In this document: positions 10,658 through 21,802 of the stretch, one piece after another
How positions within the stretch are numbered: position 1 is the first letter of the stretch
Layout: each line of letters opens with the position of its first letter
Virus record (IMG/VR): IMGVR_UViG_3300020429_000529
Location: 134,762 to 198,761 of that record
Origin: a virus
DNA: 64,000 nucleotides
Direction: 5' to 3' (one strand)
Translations under genes and position numbers: made by a program
Notes under the pieces: generated by a model
The model's database searches: none
The model's input: the letters and a program-made list of their open reading frames with translations, nothing else
What the model was told of the DNA's origin: nothing

Positions 10658-12240
10658 TGGCAAAGATTACAAACCCATTTACGCCAACCACTTCAGAGGG
10701 CAATAATGGCGGTTCGGGATTCTCTACGACGTTTGCGGGCGGAGGTACTGCAGCGGGCAAGATTGATGTTGCCAACTTCAAACCTTCTCTTCCGTCTTCT
10801 GGCAGTAGTTCAGTTGGAGTTTCGATTGAAGAAGGAGATCCTGCGGCTTACATTGCTGCGCATGACGTAAACGATGCGGTTATGAGGGTTGCCTTTACTG
10901 TTGTCGATCCATACATACCCTACACCAATGGCAGGTTTTTCATTCAAGGTGGTCAGTCTACAACGTCTGATATCAACACGTTCGGCGGCGTTTTCGAGAC
11001 AGATCAGCAGAATGCGGTATTCCTTATCAAGGAACACCTGATAGGTCAATCGCTCGGAGAACTTGCGACCGCTATTCGTAACTACCCTAATGTGCTTGCT
11101 GAAGTCTTGAATAATGCGCAGTTCCTTGATGTGAGATGCTTGCAGCCTACTCCTTTCCTGAACGGGACGGAGCGATGGGTCTATTTCTTCAAGGCGGACG
11201 AGTGCCAGCCTCCGAACCCCAATGAGAATCTCAAAGGAGCAATCAAGTTCTACTTCACTTCGGTTGAGCCGAGTATGGATCAGTTACAGCCGAGTCAGTC
11301 TCTTGGAGGCTTCATTAGCCCCTCTGTTATCTACAACAGCACTGCTACAGCAGAGTCGGTCGGTTTTTACGATTCGGTCATCACAATGATAGATGATGAT
11401 CTTGCAAGTTTCGACCTGATTCAAATTGGCGATGAGATTATTCGGGTTGATAGTTGGGATGGCGTAAATGCGAACATTGCCGAACGGAATGCCTACGGAA
11501 CTCCGGTTCGCTTCCATCCAAACGGGACAAAGGTCTTTGGCATCGTGAAGAACGACATATTCGATTTCTCGCTTTCGGAGGAAGAGAACGCCCAATATCG
11601 TTGCATCGCCATCCGGAACACTCATCCGACCGAAATCGCCAGAAACGTGAAGGTCTTTTTCAAACTTAGCAGTAGGAACAATCTGTCGAATACTCGATTT
11701 GCTATCGAGATTCCCCGCAGCGAGTTCATGACTTCAACGGCGACCTCGGGCACGACCTCGACGGTTGTTGATTCGACCCTCGCAGGGCAGTACGACGATA
11801 ACCATTTCCAGTCAACTGCCTTGAAGTTCACTTCGGGTCCAAATAACTCGCAAGAGAGAATCGTAACGGCGTACAACGGTAGCACGGGAACTTTTACTCT
11901 TGACAATGCATTGTCCAACTTGGTCGAGGCAGGTCATGGTTATAGGCTTGAGACCGCCCCGTCTCAGAGGGTTCCATCAGGAGTGACTTCTCCTGTTGTG
12001 GATCAAGATACTCCGCCAAGCGGACCTGATGCAGCAAAGCCTCACTTGATAACCGAGTTTAGCGGCGCAACATTCGCAGAGAATGGCGTCAGCATCAATG
12101 TCGGAGAAAATCGCACCAGCGGCAGCGAGCTAAAGCCTAATGAGGTTGTGTACGTTTGGATTGAGAGGAAGATCGATGACAGCAATCCGTTCTTCCTGAA
12201 TGACAGAGCGATGGTCTCTCTGTCTTACAGCAAGGTTTGA
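10657..12240 (+). CDS. Hypothetical structural protein with a Gly-rich N-terminus
   Basis: TAATG overlap with the upstream gene. N-terminal GNNGGSGFSTTFAGGGTAAG. No recognisable catalytic motifs. Confidence 0.5.
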   Translation: MAKITNPFTPTTSEGNNGGSGFSTTFAGGGTAAGKIDVANFKPSLPSSGSSSVGVSIEEGDPAAYIAAHDVNDAVMRVAFTVVDPYIPYTNGRFFIQGGQSTTSDINTFGGVFETDQQNAVFLIKEHLIGQSLGELATAIRNYPNVLAEVLNNAQFLDVRCLQPTPFLNGTERWVYFFKADECQPPNPNENLKGAIKFYFTSVEPSMDQLQPSQSLGGFISPSVIYNSTATAESVGFYDSVITMIDDDLASFDLIQIGDEIIRVDSWDGVNANIAERNAYGTPVRFHPNGTKVFGIVKNDIFDFSLSEEENAQYRCIAIRNTHPTEIARNVKVFFKLSSRNNLSNTRFAIEIPRSEFMTSTATSGTTSTVVDSTLAGQYDDNHFQSTALKFTSGPNNSQERIVTAYNGSTGTFTLDNALSNLVEAGHGYRLETAPSQRVPSGVTSPVVDQDTPPSGPDAAKPHLITEFSGATFAENGVSINVGENRTSGSELKPNEVVYVWIERKIDDSNPFFLNDRAMVSLSYSKV

Positions 12241-12243
12241 TAG

Positions 12244-13350
12244 ATGCCTACCTTTGGTCAAAACGCAGCCAATATCTCTTCGATCATCTACTCGAACAAC
12301 TCGCTTGTCGAGGCGGATATCAATACGTCTCGTTACAAGCTCTTTGCCAAGTTTGAAGAGCTTCCCCTTATCGACGAGATATCGAGCAAGAAGTTTACCG
12401 TAAGCGCTTCGACTCAGGACGCTGTTTTCTTGGAAGACGGTGCCTTTGGCAGGGCTCTCAGAATGAAGCCTCTCACGACCCTTCAGTATGGTCTTGGGAT
12501 TTCATCTGTTACAACTTTCTCGATGGGCTTCTGGCTCAATCCAGTCAACATCATTCCGACTGTCAACAGTCAAACAGGTCTTCCTAACTACTATCGTATG
12601 GGACTTATCGATAAGGCAAACTACCAGCTAAACGGATCTTCTGGCATTATCGAGATCATCGAAGGACAGACGGCTTTTTCAATCTCTGAGGAATGCAGAG
12701 AAGACGGCAAGAATCGCATGAGGATTCTTCTCAACATGCCAGCAGGATCGGTTGTCTATGAAACTTCCGAATACACATCGGGAGAATGGCATTTCTTCTG
12801 GGTAGCATTTAGCGGACCTGCTCAGACTATCAAGGTCTTCATAGATGGTATTGAGGATACTGGTTTGACTCAGGTCTCTGGATCGGCATCTCTTGGCAGC
12901 CTTGTTCAGACTTCGACGCCCTTGAGGATCAATAACTCTGCTCATGGCTTCAACTCGCTGATCCGAGGCAACTATGGTTTGCTTGATGAGCTTATCTATG
13001 AGACCGGGTTCACGACGAGCCCAGAGATCATCGGAAGACATATCAACCTTGGCTCAGAGTTTGTTGTAAACGAAACACTTTTGAACCTTGAAGAGGTTTA
13101 TCACGCATTTGCCTATGACGATCCAACAACGATCGATATCTCTTCGGTCTACAGCAACGGCAAGAACATCTATGCGGGCCGCTCTGACGGTAGGGTTTTT
13201 CGGGGCGACAGGACGATGTGGAGAGCAAGGAGAGACTTTGCAAACAAGGACGAGATCAGGTTTATCAAGAGCAAGGTTTTGGCGTCTGACTCGATAGTCG
13301 ATTTTGAAGATGGCGCATTGAAGCTTGTCAAGGCAACGGCGAGGATCTAA
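12244..13350 (+). CDS. LamG/concanavalin-like jelly-roll domain protein
   Basis: LamG-like core motif GEWHFFWVAFSGPAQTIKVFIDGIE (W-H...V...DG). Sits between two giant structural genes. Confidence 0.5.
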   Translation: MPTFGQNAANISSIIYSNNSLVEADINTSRYKLFAKFEELPLIDEISSKKFTVSASTQDAVFLEDGAFGRALRMKPLTTLQYGLGISSVTTFSMGFWLNPVNIIPTVNSQTGLPNYYRMGLIDKANYQLNGSSGIIEIIEGQTAFSISEECREDGKNRMRILLNMPAGSVVYETSEYTSGEWHFFWVAFSGPAQTIKVFIDGIEDTGLTQVSGSASLGSLVQTSTPLRINNSAHGFNSLIRGNYGLLDELIYETGFTTSPEIIGRHINLGSEFVVNETLLNLEEVYHAFAYDDPTTIDISSVYSNGKNIYAGRSDGRVFRGDRTMWRARRDFANKDEIRFIKSKVLASDSIVDFEDGALKLVKATARI

Positions 13351-16300
13351 GTGGGAATCTCTATAACCAATCTGTACCTGAATAACGTTCGGTTCGCGCC
13401 CGGAACGCCGCCAGAGGTACGCTTTGCTCCGTTGACCCTTAACTGGGACTACGAGACGACATCGAAGACGATCCGTCAGAACTTCTACGAGGTCCGTATT
13501 GGTACGAACGATCTGAACCTTGGTACAGATCAGTACGTCCCTGATACCTTCCGTCAGCCTCTTACGAGGTCTCAGGCGGATTCCTGGCGTTTGCGAACGA
13601 AGTTCATGGACCGAGGCGTACTCTACTTCGGCCAGATCCGTCTCGTGGACAACATGAACGAGCGAAGCGACTGGATTTCATTCCGGTTCCGAGTCAACAC
13701 GCTACCGTTTGTTGCAGATGTTGAGATTTCGCCTGCTGAACCAGATGTCAATGATGATCTTGAGCTTTCGTTCAACACATTCGAGACCACGAGCAACAAG
13801 ATAAGATGGTTCAAGAATGGCGTCCACATGACGCAGTTCGATGACTATACCAAAATTTCAAGAGACTACCTGAGGTACACTGACGTTTGGGTTGCTCAGG
13901 TTACGCCGATCGATATGCTCGAAGAGGGACCATCGATCGACTCGAATGCTGTGATGATTCAGAAGGCTCCGCCTGCTGCTTCTCAGGTTGAAATCTTCCC
14001 GCGCAACCCAAACACCTACGATATCCTTGAGGCCTCATGGTCTGCGGTTGATGAGACAACGGGCCGACCGATCCTCAACGACAAGAGCAAGATCAAGTGG
14101 TACATCAACAATGGAGAGCGACCCGAGGCCGAGAACTCCAAGTTCGTTCGCTTTGAGTTGGTTCCTGGCGATGAGATCTTCTTCGAGCTTACGCCGAGCG
14201 ATGGCATCTTTGACGGCCCTACGGTTGCTTCTGAGGTTGTCACAATTGAAGATGGCGGATTCCGAATCCTTGGCCTTCGAGTAGACGGTATCTCGGAGAA
14301 TCTCAATGTCAAGAGCGTAAACCCCACGATCGAATGGGATGTTATCGAGCCTGTCGCTCGTCGATCGAGGTACGCCTTTATTCGAATCGGCACAGCGCCT
14401 CAGTCTGGCAATATCTACGAGACCACGATCGAAACCTTCGATGAGAAGTTTACCGTACCTGACAATGTTCTCAAGAGGGGCGAGGATTACTTCGTAACCG
14501 TTGCAGCAAGCGACGAATCAGATAGCTTCACAAATCCAGTTACGACTCGTTTCCGAGTCGCTGGTTCATTGTGGGATTCGAGCGTCAGCAACTCAACAGG
14601 ATGGACCATCGAGGCCGCTCTCCGAGTAGAAGGCGAAGGCGATAACGCTGGGTATCAGAGAATCTCGCTGAGCGATGGAACTGCGTTTGCAGAGATCCGG
14701 TTCTACCTTGATAGAGTCACGATGCTTCTTGGCAAGAGTAATGCCAAGACATACGCTCTTGATATGACCGTAACTCGCAACTTCATCATAACTGGTCAGG
14801 GATCTACCATCAGGGTCTATCAGGACAATGCGCTGATCCTTGATGGAACCGATGAGTTCACTCAGTCTGCCGAAGAGCGATTCATAGAGATTGGTTCAGG
14901 AGCAGGAGCGGAAGCTGCTGGTCTTTACAAGAGAATCGTCTACACAGTAAACGGATCTTTCGATCCGATCACAAACTCCTCGATATACACTGACATCTCT
15001 CTCGAATCGTTCATCAACTTTGTTGGAGGTTCGGTGAGCGATATCACGGAGCATCAGGGCGATGTTCTTGTGGCGGTCAACTCTCGAAACACAGACGAGA
15101 GCGGAACGCTCTATCGAATCGTTGAAACCGAGATGCCTATCTTGGCTGCAACAGAAAACATCGATAACTTCCCGCTCGTCGTCAACAGCATGAGCGGTTC
15201 GCCTGATGATCGATTCACGTTCATATCTCACAGCAAGGGAGCAAGTTACTTTGAGAACTTCTTCCTGGCGAGCTTTGATATCAACTCTATCTTCGAGTCG
15301 GGATACTCTCCGTCCGTTGACAACTGGGAGCTTGTTCAGTCGATCCCGTTCAATGCAACAAGCTACACATCGAGCGGCCTTGTTCTCGATACGACCTTTG
15401 GCAATGTTGCTCGCGTAGACGATCGTTTGCAGTTCACAACGCAGACGGTTTCGGGTCTGCGTTTCTCTTGGCTTTGGGACTTCTTTACTCCAAGCGGCAC
15501 GTTCGACTTCTCTATCTACACGCAGGGAAGCCAGCTATTCGTTTGGTCTGATTCTCTGGGTTCGGCTCTTGGAAGCGTTTCGCTGCTAAACAGGACGCTT
15601 GAAGATGTTCGCGATGAGCTTCTGGATCCTAATGCCGCATGGAACCAGACTCCGTACTTCTTCAACATCTTTGTCAAGGTAGATATTCTCAACGGCCTTA
15701 ACGATCAGCCTGCTTCCAATCTTGAAGACACGGCATTGGATGGTATCGATATCGGTTCGCCGGTTACGATCTTTGGCGACTTCTTGATTGTTGACCCCTA
15801 TGACCCTGATCCGTATTCAAAGACTGCGGGCGGCAAGTGGTTTTACTCGCATAGGCGTCCGGGAACCCCTTGGTTTGATCGAGTTAGCAACTCGTCGGGA
15901 TGGACAGTTGACTTCGATGTAACGGTTGAGACAACCGAAGACAACGATCGCCCCTCTGATATCGGCAACCCTGACGGCTTTGGGTTGTATGTCAATGACG
16001 GAGCATACTATGAGAACCTGAAGTTCATGACGCAGGAAGTCTACCTCAACGAGGCAGATAAATCATTCCTGATCGACAACACTCAGGCTAATCGTTACCG
16101 CATCACAGGACAAGACGACAACATTCGAGTCTATGTCCGTAGACCAAACACGATCGAGTACGAGTTGCTCGGCGAAACAAAGATGACTGAATCGGGCACG
16201 GCTGCAGCAAATGCTGGTCGAGTTGCTGCTGCTTCAGATGATTCGGGCAACATCTATGCTGTTTGGCATGATGATGGCGACGGGTCAAGGCGTCAGCTAT

Positions 16301-19300
16301 ATTTCGCAGAGTTCGACTCGGCAACCGGGTGGAGCGATCCGTTCTTGCTTGTTTCTGATGAGTTTGGAGCGCAGAACCCTGATATCGCTGTTGATGGCAA
16401 CGGAATCATCTACATTGTTTTCGAGACGCTGCAGTCCGACTACACAGACCTTGCGGTCATTCAGAGAACAAGCGAAGGCTGGTCTGATCCGTATCTCATC
16501 GCAAGCGATGAGGGAGATTCCGTCAACCCTGCCATTGCTATCGATCGCAACAATACCGTATGCGTTGTTTGGGAGGATCATAGGTTCATTGAGCCTGAAA
16601 TCTTCTTCGCCCAAAGAGTCTCTTCAAACGGACAATGGGAGTCGAGCGCTTTCGGTCGCAAGGATTTGCGAATAACGAACAGTCCAGCAGGAGCGTACCG
16701 TCCAAGTATCGCTATATCTGGTCTGACCATTGCTGTTTCGTTCACTTCGTTCACGAAGGACGGAAACAGCCAAATCTATGTTGCCATTCATGGCGGCGAG
16801 GGCGGCAGAACCCTGACTTCGGCGGCGCAGTCAGCGCTGGCTCGCTACACTGATGCTGAAGTTGTTTCCATTCTTGCTGGCGAGATTCCCTTCGGAGAGG
16901 ACGCCAACATTGAGAGCATCTTTACTGACATTGGAGTCAACAACGGAACTGAAATTACAGGTTGGAACAGCAGCGCTCAGGGCGGTTCCGACATAGCTGT
17001 TTCTGCGCCCGATGCAGAGCAGGCTGACCATTCTGATATGGTCGTAGACAACAAGGGGCGTCTCTTTGTTACATGGCACGATGTTGTCAATGGAACATAC
17101 CAAGTTTTCGCGAGACGAGCAAACCCTCGATTCACTACTCCAACGGCGATTGCTCAACTCACCAATGCTAATCTTGACTCTCGCTACCCCAAGGCAACAT
17201 ACGAGGTTCTATCAGGAAGCATCTACATCGCCTTCGAAAGAGGCGAGGTCACAGCCGTTGATCCGTACAATCCTTATGGCGATCTTGATGACCAGAACAT
17301 CAGCGCAGGCGATGCAAAAATCATGCTTGCCCGCTATAACAATGAAGTTCAACGATGGGAGTCGAGCAATCAGACCCATACAACTTCCGGCGGCGGAGGT
17401 GGCTTTGACGTTGAGATCGAGGAAGGCGATACTCGTATAGCTCGTCGTCCTGTAGTCGCAAACCGTTCTCGAAACGGCGAGGTTCAGGTTTTGTATGAGG
17501 GGCTGCTAACTTCTGAGCAGGGCAAGGTTCTTGAGTTTAATCAGAACTTTGCAACCGCTCGAAGCGCTCGCTTTGATCTCACATGGGAGCCCATCTACAA
17601 CATCAACGATGGCGATCCCTATGTAGAAAAGGATGTTGATCTTAGCGGCAAGACTCCTCGTAAGGAGATCCGTTTCGGCGACTTCTCGAACACTGTTGGC
17701 GTCAAGTATATCATCAGCAGAGTTCGTTACTACTTGGGCGGAGCATACGGTCCATTCAATATCCGCTTTGTTTCTCCCGCAACGGTCAACATGCCAAATG
17801 CCAATGTCTTTGATACTGTTTCAAATAACAGAGGAGATGCATGGCTTGGAACGAACAAGGGTCTCTTCTACTTCAACAATGTCACAAACGAAGCGTTTGT
17901 TTTCTCGGGAGACGAGTTTGGTATTGATGGTCTTGAGATCAGAGGTATCGTCTTTGATCGAGACAGCAACATGTATCTCGCCACGAACAATGGCGTCTTT
18001 GTTAGCGTCGATCACGCCTTCTTCTACAAGTTGACTGGCGAGGGTATCCCCGACGAAGCAACGAGCATTGATACCGATAGCCAGAACAGGGTCTTCGTTG
18101 GTTCGTTCAACGGCGTTACGGTTATTCCGACTGCTGAAGCCGTTGCTCAGATCAAGACAACCAAAGAGAACGCAACAACCGAACGAACCATCGAGATCAC
18201 AACGGCTCAGATCCTCAATGAGGATGCTGGTCTTGTGTCAAACCGAGTCTATGTTGTCCGCATCGATGCAAACGATGTTGCATGGATTGGAACAAACAAG
18301 GGCCTTGTTCGTTACTCTCAGGGTCAGTTCTCGACGTTTACGATGGCAAACGGACTGTCTTCGAGCAAGATCAACGACATCGCTATCAAGAACACCGCTA
18401 TCCGATTCATCGCAACGACCGCTGGCGTTGACAAGATGACCGGCGTAACAGTGGAGAGACTCGACTTCGGAAACCTTGGAGCGCCGATCGTTGGCGTTGA
18501 GGACAAGAAGCCCGATGTCAGCATCCCCCAGTTCACAAATGTTCGTTCGGTACGATGGAAGCATCCCAATGTTCTCTACATCGCAACAACAAGCGTTGTA
18601 TATCAGGTTGAGTTTGTTGATGACGCTTTCCAGACCGAACAGATCAAGATCACGAAGTTCAACAGTCAAGACTTCTCTCTGACGACTATCACGCCAGAGC
18701 GAAACGATGACCTGCAGACATTCCGCATTGTCGGTCTTGAGGACAGGACCATTCCTGCAAATGTCCTGTATGAGGTCATACTAAACGGCAACAAGATCAC
18801 AAGAGGATTCCGTTTCTCGCCCAACAAGCAAGTCTTGAGGTTTGATTACCCGCTCAAGGCCAGCGACATTGTTCAGATCAATGTCCGCTTTGATGTTGAG
18901 GTCGTCAATGATTTCTCTCAGAATGGCGCTCAGCGATTCGCTGTTGGAAACAAGGCAACTCGTCTTGAGCGTTTGCTTTCCGCAAGAGGAAGCATCTATA
19001 CGCAAACGGGCGGCGATATCAATACGCTTCAGATCAACGACGAGACAACGGACCTGCCGTTTGATCGCATTACTGTCGATACTCAGCCTCCTGTTGGTCG
19101 AGTTGAGATTGGTCAGCAGTTGGATCAGACTGTTTTCCGGGTCAATGTACGTCAGATCGCAGAAGGCAGCGAGTATCTGCCGTTTGATGCAACTTCAGGT
19201 ATTGACAAGCTCATTATCTCGAACTTCACAAACTTCACAACAGACGGAGAAATTCCGCAAGAACCAATCCCGTTCGTAACAGCGGTTGATCACGATCTTG

Positions 19301-21801
19301 GTATTGTCTTTGATAGCATAACTCAGGAGTATGAGTTCCCTGCGGGCAAGGGCCGCTACCTATTCCGTTGGGATCGTCTTGATGGATCTCAGAGAATGGT
19401 TGCCGGTACTGGCGAGCCATCCAAGATCTACATGTATAACCCGACGACCGAGATGTGGGAGTTTAAGGCTGATCTCGATGACGGCAACCCCAATAGCTCG
19501 ATTGAGTTCATAACATCGTTCCAGGGTCGTTTGATTGTTGGTACTGGCATCCCTGACGGCATTGGTAAGGTCTGGACATCAACAGATGGCGAGAACTTCG
19601 TTGTCATCGGTACGCTTCCTGTTTCGCATGCGTATGCGGCAGAAGAGCTTGGAGCGAAGCTCTACATTGCTGCGGGCGGTAACATTGGACAGGTTTACGC
19701 CTGGGATGGTCAGACCTTTACTCTTGCATTCGACAACATCAGCGGTCATGTCTATGATCTGGTTCAGGCTGACGGCGAGCTATACGCAGGAACAGGTCGG
19801 GAAGGTCGAATCTATCGTCTTGACCCAACGAACTCGACGCAGCAAATTATCGATGCCAATTCTGATCCTGATATCATCAGCGTCGGTTTTGCAAACATCA
19901 ACAACAAGAGCTTTGTCTTCTCGGGCACGGGCAGCACAGCTACGCTTCGCCGCAGCACGCTACCAGATGGGGCGTTTGTCCACTCATTCCGAACTCTCAA
20001 TGCCCCTGTTTACGATCTTGAGAACGTTGGAGGCACGCTTTACGCAGCCATCGGCAACACGCTTTACGCCAACAAGAATGTTTGGAACGCTGAGTTCACC
20101 CATACCGAAGACATTAGGGACATCGCAAGAGGACTTGGAGATGTTCCATGGTTCGTCTCCGATAGCTTTGTTTTCAAGGTCGGAGAGGCTACGACTGTCA
20201 AGAACGTTTACATGAAGCTCATTGACCGAGCAGGTAATGAGACCAGTCTGTTTGTTGATGACGAGCAGACAACGCTTGATGAAAACCTATTTGACAGCGT
20301 AACTCTTGAGCAGCTTGTTGAGTTCACGAATCAGAACCGCATCCTTGAGGTTGATGGTTTTGGCAATGTTGTTCCTGCATCGACGATTTCCGGCGATGAG
20401 AGGTTCTATTCGGCTGACAAGATCGATGTCGAGCAGGGTAGCTACTTCAGCGAGATCTTCAATGGGACCAATAGCCTTGTTTCATGGGATCGCATCAACT
20501 GGGATGCAACGATACCCGAGAACACGACTATGACTATTTTCGTGAGAACAGGAGATTCTCGCGATGATATCTTGGACAACGATTTTGAGATTGAGGTAGA
20601 TGGAACAGAGGGAACGTATGATATCTCGTTCTTGAGCAAGCAATACATTCAGTTCAAGATCGTTATGACCAGCAAGATCCGAGGATTGAGTCCTTCGCTG
20701 CGAAGCGTTGTCATCCGAAGCATTGCAAGTCAGTCAACTCACTTCTACACAACAAACTTTGTCCTTCCAAGCAGGGTCAAGAGCGGTATCATTACGTCTA
20801 CCAAGATGATTCCTGTTGCTGCGGATGTCGTATTTGGCATCAATACCAACAACTCGGTTGACTTTGCTGAATACCAGATCATTGATGAGAATCGCATCTT
20901 CACAACGGCAGATGACCAGGTTGGGCGCAGCGTCCGAGTTGGCATCAAGCTGATTACTCCGAGCAAGGGCGAGGTTCTTTCGGAGGACTTTGGCGAGTAC
21001 GGGCCGTATGATACAGATCTCTTCTTCAACTCGATCAACTGGTCGTACACGAACTCTTCGGGAAGCGATGGGACATATCACTTCCGAGTCTCGTTCTACG
21101 AAAACTTCACATTGACAAACCCGATCTACACGGCCTACTCCGGTCAGAGTACCTCGGGCTTCAGCGACAATGGCGATGTTTTCCAGACGACGGGAGCGAT
21201 CATCGAAGCAGGAGATACCAAGGAGTTTTCCTTTGTTCCTGTTGGGGATACTCCGATTCGATGCAATACCTTCTACTTCCTTAAGGTCGAGGTACAGGAT
21301 GACCAGAGCGTTTGGACAACGGTCTTTGACAACCGATCATTTGTTGAGGCCTGCGGAACGTCGTTTGTCGATTCGATCGATTTCGACTTCACAAACTCTG
21401 GCATTACCGACACCTTCCACTACCGTATCAGGTTCTTCTCGAACCCAGAGCGTACAGAGCTTCTGACTACGGCATTCAGCGGAAACGACACAACGGGTTG
21501 GTCGGTTGACGGAGAAGACTTCCCTGCGGTAGGGTTGTCCGTCAACGGAGGCCAAACCAAGACGGTTCTTTACGAGCCGCCTGATCTGTCGGTATTTGAG
21601 GTCGGACTGACGTACTACCTCTCTATCGATGCGTTCGATGGAACCGAGTTTGTGAACAACAGCAACTCGTTTACTTTCCGCGCCCGAGACATCGATACCG
21701 GCATTTACTGCGGCCCATATGTCGATGTACCTGTAGTCAAGAACCTCTCGCTCATGTTTGAGCTTGAGGGCAACGAGTTTGTCACTCTAAAGCTTACCTG
21801 A
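13351..21801 (+). CDS. Giant structural protein (2816 aa) containing repeated W-x-NG beta-sandwich domains, a 7-blade TolB-like propeller and Reg_prop-type repeats
   Basis: GTG start with GAGGA upstream. Repeats IRWFKNGVHM and IKWYINNGERP. Propeller blades AVWHDDGDGSRRQLYFAEF, VVWEDHRFIEPEIFFAQR, QIYVAIHGG and VTWHDVVNGTYQVFARR. Reg_prop-like AWLGTNKGLFYF and VAWIGTNKGLVRYSQGQFSTF. Confidence 0.7.
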   Translation: MGISITNLYLNNVRFAPGTPPEVRFAPLTLNWDYETTSKTIRQNFYEVRIGTNDLNLGTDQYVPDTFRQPLTRSQADSWRLRTKFMDRGVLYFGQIRLVDNMNERSDWISFRFRVNTLPFVADVEISPAEPDVNDDLELSFNTFETTSNKIRWFKNGVHMTQFDDYTKISRDYLRYTDVWVAQVTPIDMLEEGPSIDSNAVMIQKAPPAASQVEIFPRNPNTYDILEASWSAVDETTGRPILNDKSKIKWYINNGERPEAENSKFVRFELVPGDEIFFELTPSDGIFDGPTVASEVVTIEDGGFRILGLRVDGISENLNVKSVNPTIEWDVIEPVARRSRYAFIRIGTAPQSGNIYETTIETFDEKFTVPDNVLKRGEDYFVTVAASDESDSFTNPVTTRFRVAGSLWDSSVSNSTGWTIEAALRVEGEGDNAGYQRISLSDGTAFAEIRFYLDRVTMLLGKSNAKTYALDMTVTRNFIITGQGSTIRVYQDNALILDGTDEFTQSAEERFIEIGSGAGAEAAGLYKRIVYTVNGSFDPITNSSIYTDISLESFINFVGGSVSDITEHQGDVLVAVNSRNTDESGTLYRIVETEMPILAATENIDNFPLVVNSMSGSPDDRFTFISHSKGASYFENFFLASFDINSIFESGYSPSVDNWELVQSIPFNATSYTSSGLVLDTTFGNVARVDDRLQFTTQTVSGLRFSWLWDFFTPSGTFDFSIYTQGSQLFVWSDSLGSALGSVSLLNRTLEDVRDELLDPNAAWNQTPYFFNIFVKVDILNGLNDQPASNLEDTALDGIDIGSPVTIFGDFLIVDPYDPDPYSKTAGGKWFYSHRRPGTPWFDRVSNSSGWTVDFDVTVETTEDNDRPSDIGNPDGFGLYVNDGAYYENLKFMTQEVYLNEADKSFLIDNTQANRYRITGQDDNIRVYVRRPNTIEYELLGETKMTESGTAAANAGRVAAASDDSGNIYAVWHDDGDGSRRQLYFAEFDSATGWSDPFLLVSDEFGAQNPDIAVDGNGIIYIVFETLQSDYTDLAVIQRTSEGWSDPYLIASDEGDSVNPAIAIDRNNTVCVVWEDHRFIEPEIFFAQRVSSNGQWESSAFGRKDLRITNSPAGAYRPSIAISGLTIAVSFTSFTKDGNSQIYVAIHGGEGGRTLTSAAQSALARYTDAEVVSILAGEIPFGEDANIESIFTDIGVNNGTEITGWNSSAQGGSDIAVSAPDAEQADHSDMVVDNKGRLFVTWHDVVNGTYQVFARRANPRFTTPTAIAQLTNANLDSRYPKATYEVLSGSIYIAFERGEVTAVDPYNPYGDLDDQNISAGDAKIMLARYNNEVQRWESSNQTHTTSGGGGGFDVEIEEGDTRIARRPVVANRSRNGEVQVLYEGLLTSEQGKVLEFNQNFATARSARFDLTWEPIYNINDGDPYVEKDVDLSGKTPRKEIRFGDFSNTVGVKYIISRVRYYLGGAYGPFNIRFVSPATVNMPNANVFDTVSNNRGDAWLGTNKGLFYFNNVTNEAFVFSGDEFGIDGLEIRGIVFDRDSNMYLATNNGVFVSVDHAFFYKLTGEGIPDEATSIDTDSQNRVFVGSFNGVTVIPTAEAVAQIKTTKENATTERTIEITTAQILNEDAGLVSNRVYVVRIDANDVAWIGTNKGLVRYSQGQFSTFTMANGLSSSKINDIAIKNTAIRFIATTAGVDKMTGVTVERLDFGNLGAPIVGVEDKKPDVSIPQFTNVRSVRWKHPNVLYIATTSVVYQVEFVDDAFQTEQIKITKFNSQDFSLTTITPERNDDLQTFRIVGLEDRTIPANVLYEVILNGNKITRGFRFSPNKQVLRFDYPLKASDIVQINVRFDVEVVNDFSQNGAQRFAVGNKATRLERLLSARGSIYTQTGGDINTLQINDETTDLPFDRITVDTQPPVGRVEIGQQLDQTVFRVNVRQIAEGSEYLPFDATSGIDKLIISNFTNFTTDGEIPQEPIPFVTAVDHDLGIVFDSITQEYEFPAGKGRYLFRWDRLDGSQRMVAGTGEPSKIYMYNPTTEMWEFKADLDDGNPNSSIEFITSFQGRLIVGTGIPDGIGKVWTSTDGENFVVIGTLPVSHAYAAEELGAKLYIAAGGNIGQVYAWDGQTFTLAFDNISGHVYDLVQADGELYAGTGREGRIYRLDPTNSTQQIIDANSDPDIISVGFANINNKSFVFSGTGSTATLRRSTLPDGAFVHSFRTLNAPVYDLENVGGTLYAAIGNTLYANKNVWNAEFTHTEDIRDIARGLGDVPWFVSDSFVFKVGEATTVKNVYMKLIDRAGNETSLFVDDEQTTLDENLFDSVTLEQLVEFTNQNRILEVDGFGNVVPASTISGDERFYSADKIDVEQGSYFSEIFNGTNSLVSWDRINWDATIPENTTMTIFVRTGDSRDDILDNDFEIEVDGTEGTYDISFLSKQYIQFKIVMTSKIRGLSPSLRSVVIRSIASQSTHFYTTNFVLPSRVKSGIITSTKMIPVAADVVFGINTNNSVDFAEYQIIDENRIFTTADDQVGRSVRVGIKLITPSKGEVLSEDFGEYGPYDTDLFFNSINWSYTNSSGSDGTYHFRVSFYENFTLTNPIYTAYSGQSTSGFSDNGDVFQTTGAIIEAGDTKEFSFVPVGDTPIRCNTFYFLKVEVQDDQSVWTTVFDNRSFVEACGTSFVDSIDFDFTNSGITDTFHYRIRFFSNPERTELLTTAFSGNDTTGWSVDGEDFPAVGLSVNGGQTKTVLYEPPDLSVFEVGLTYYLSIDAFDGTEFVNNSNSFTFRARDIDTGIYCGPYVDVPVVKNLSLMFELEGNEFVTLKLT
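16190..17560 (+). other. TolB/PD40-like beta-propeller domain (about 7 blades) inside the 13351..21801 giant protein
   Basis: Seven successive W/F-x-D/E-x-G-x(3-6)-IY/LY/VF blade motifs, spaced about 45-60 aa apart. Confidence 0.5.
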
Positions 21802-21802
21802 T

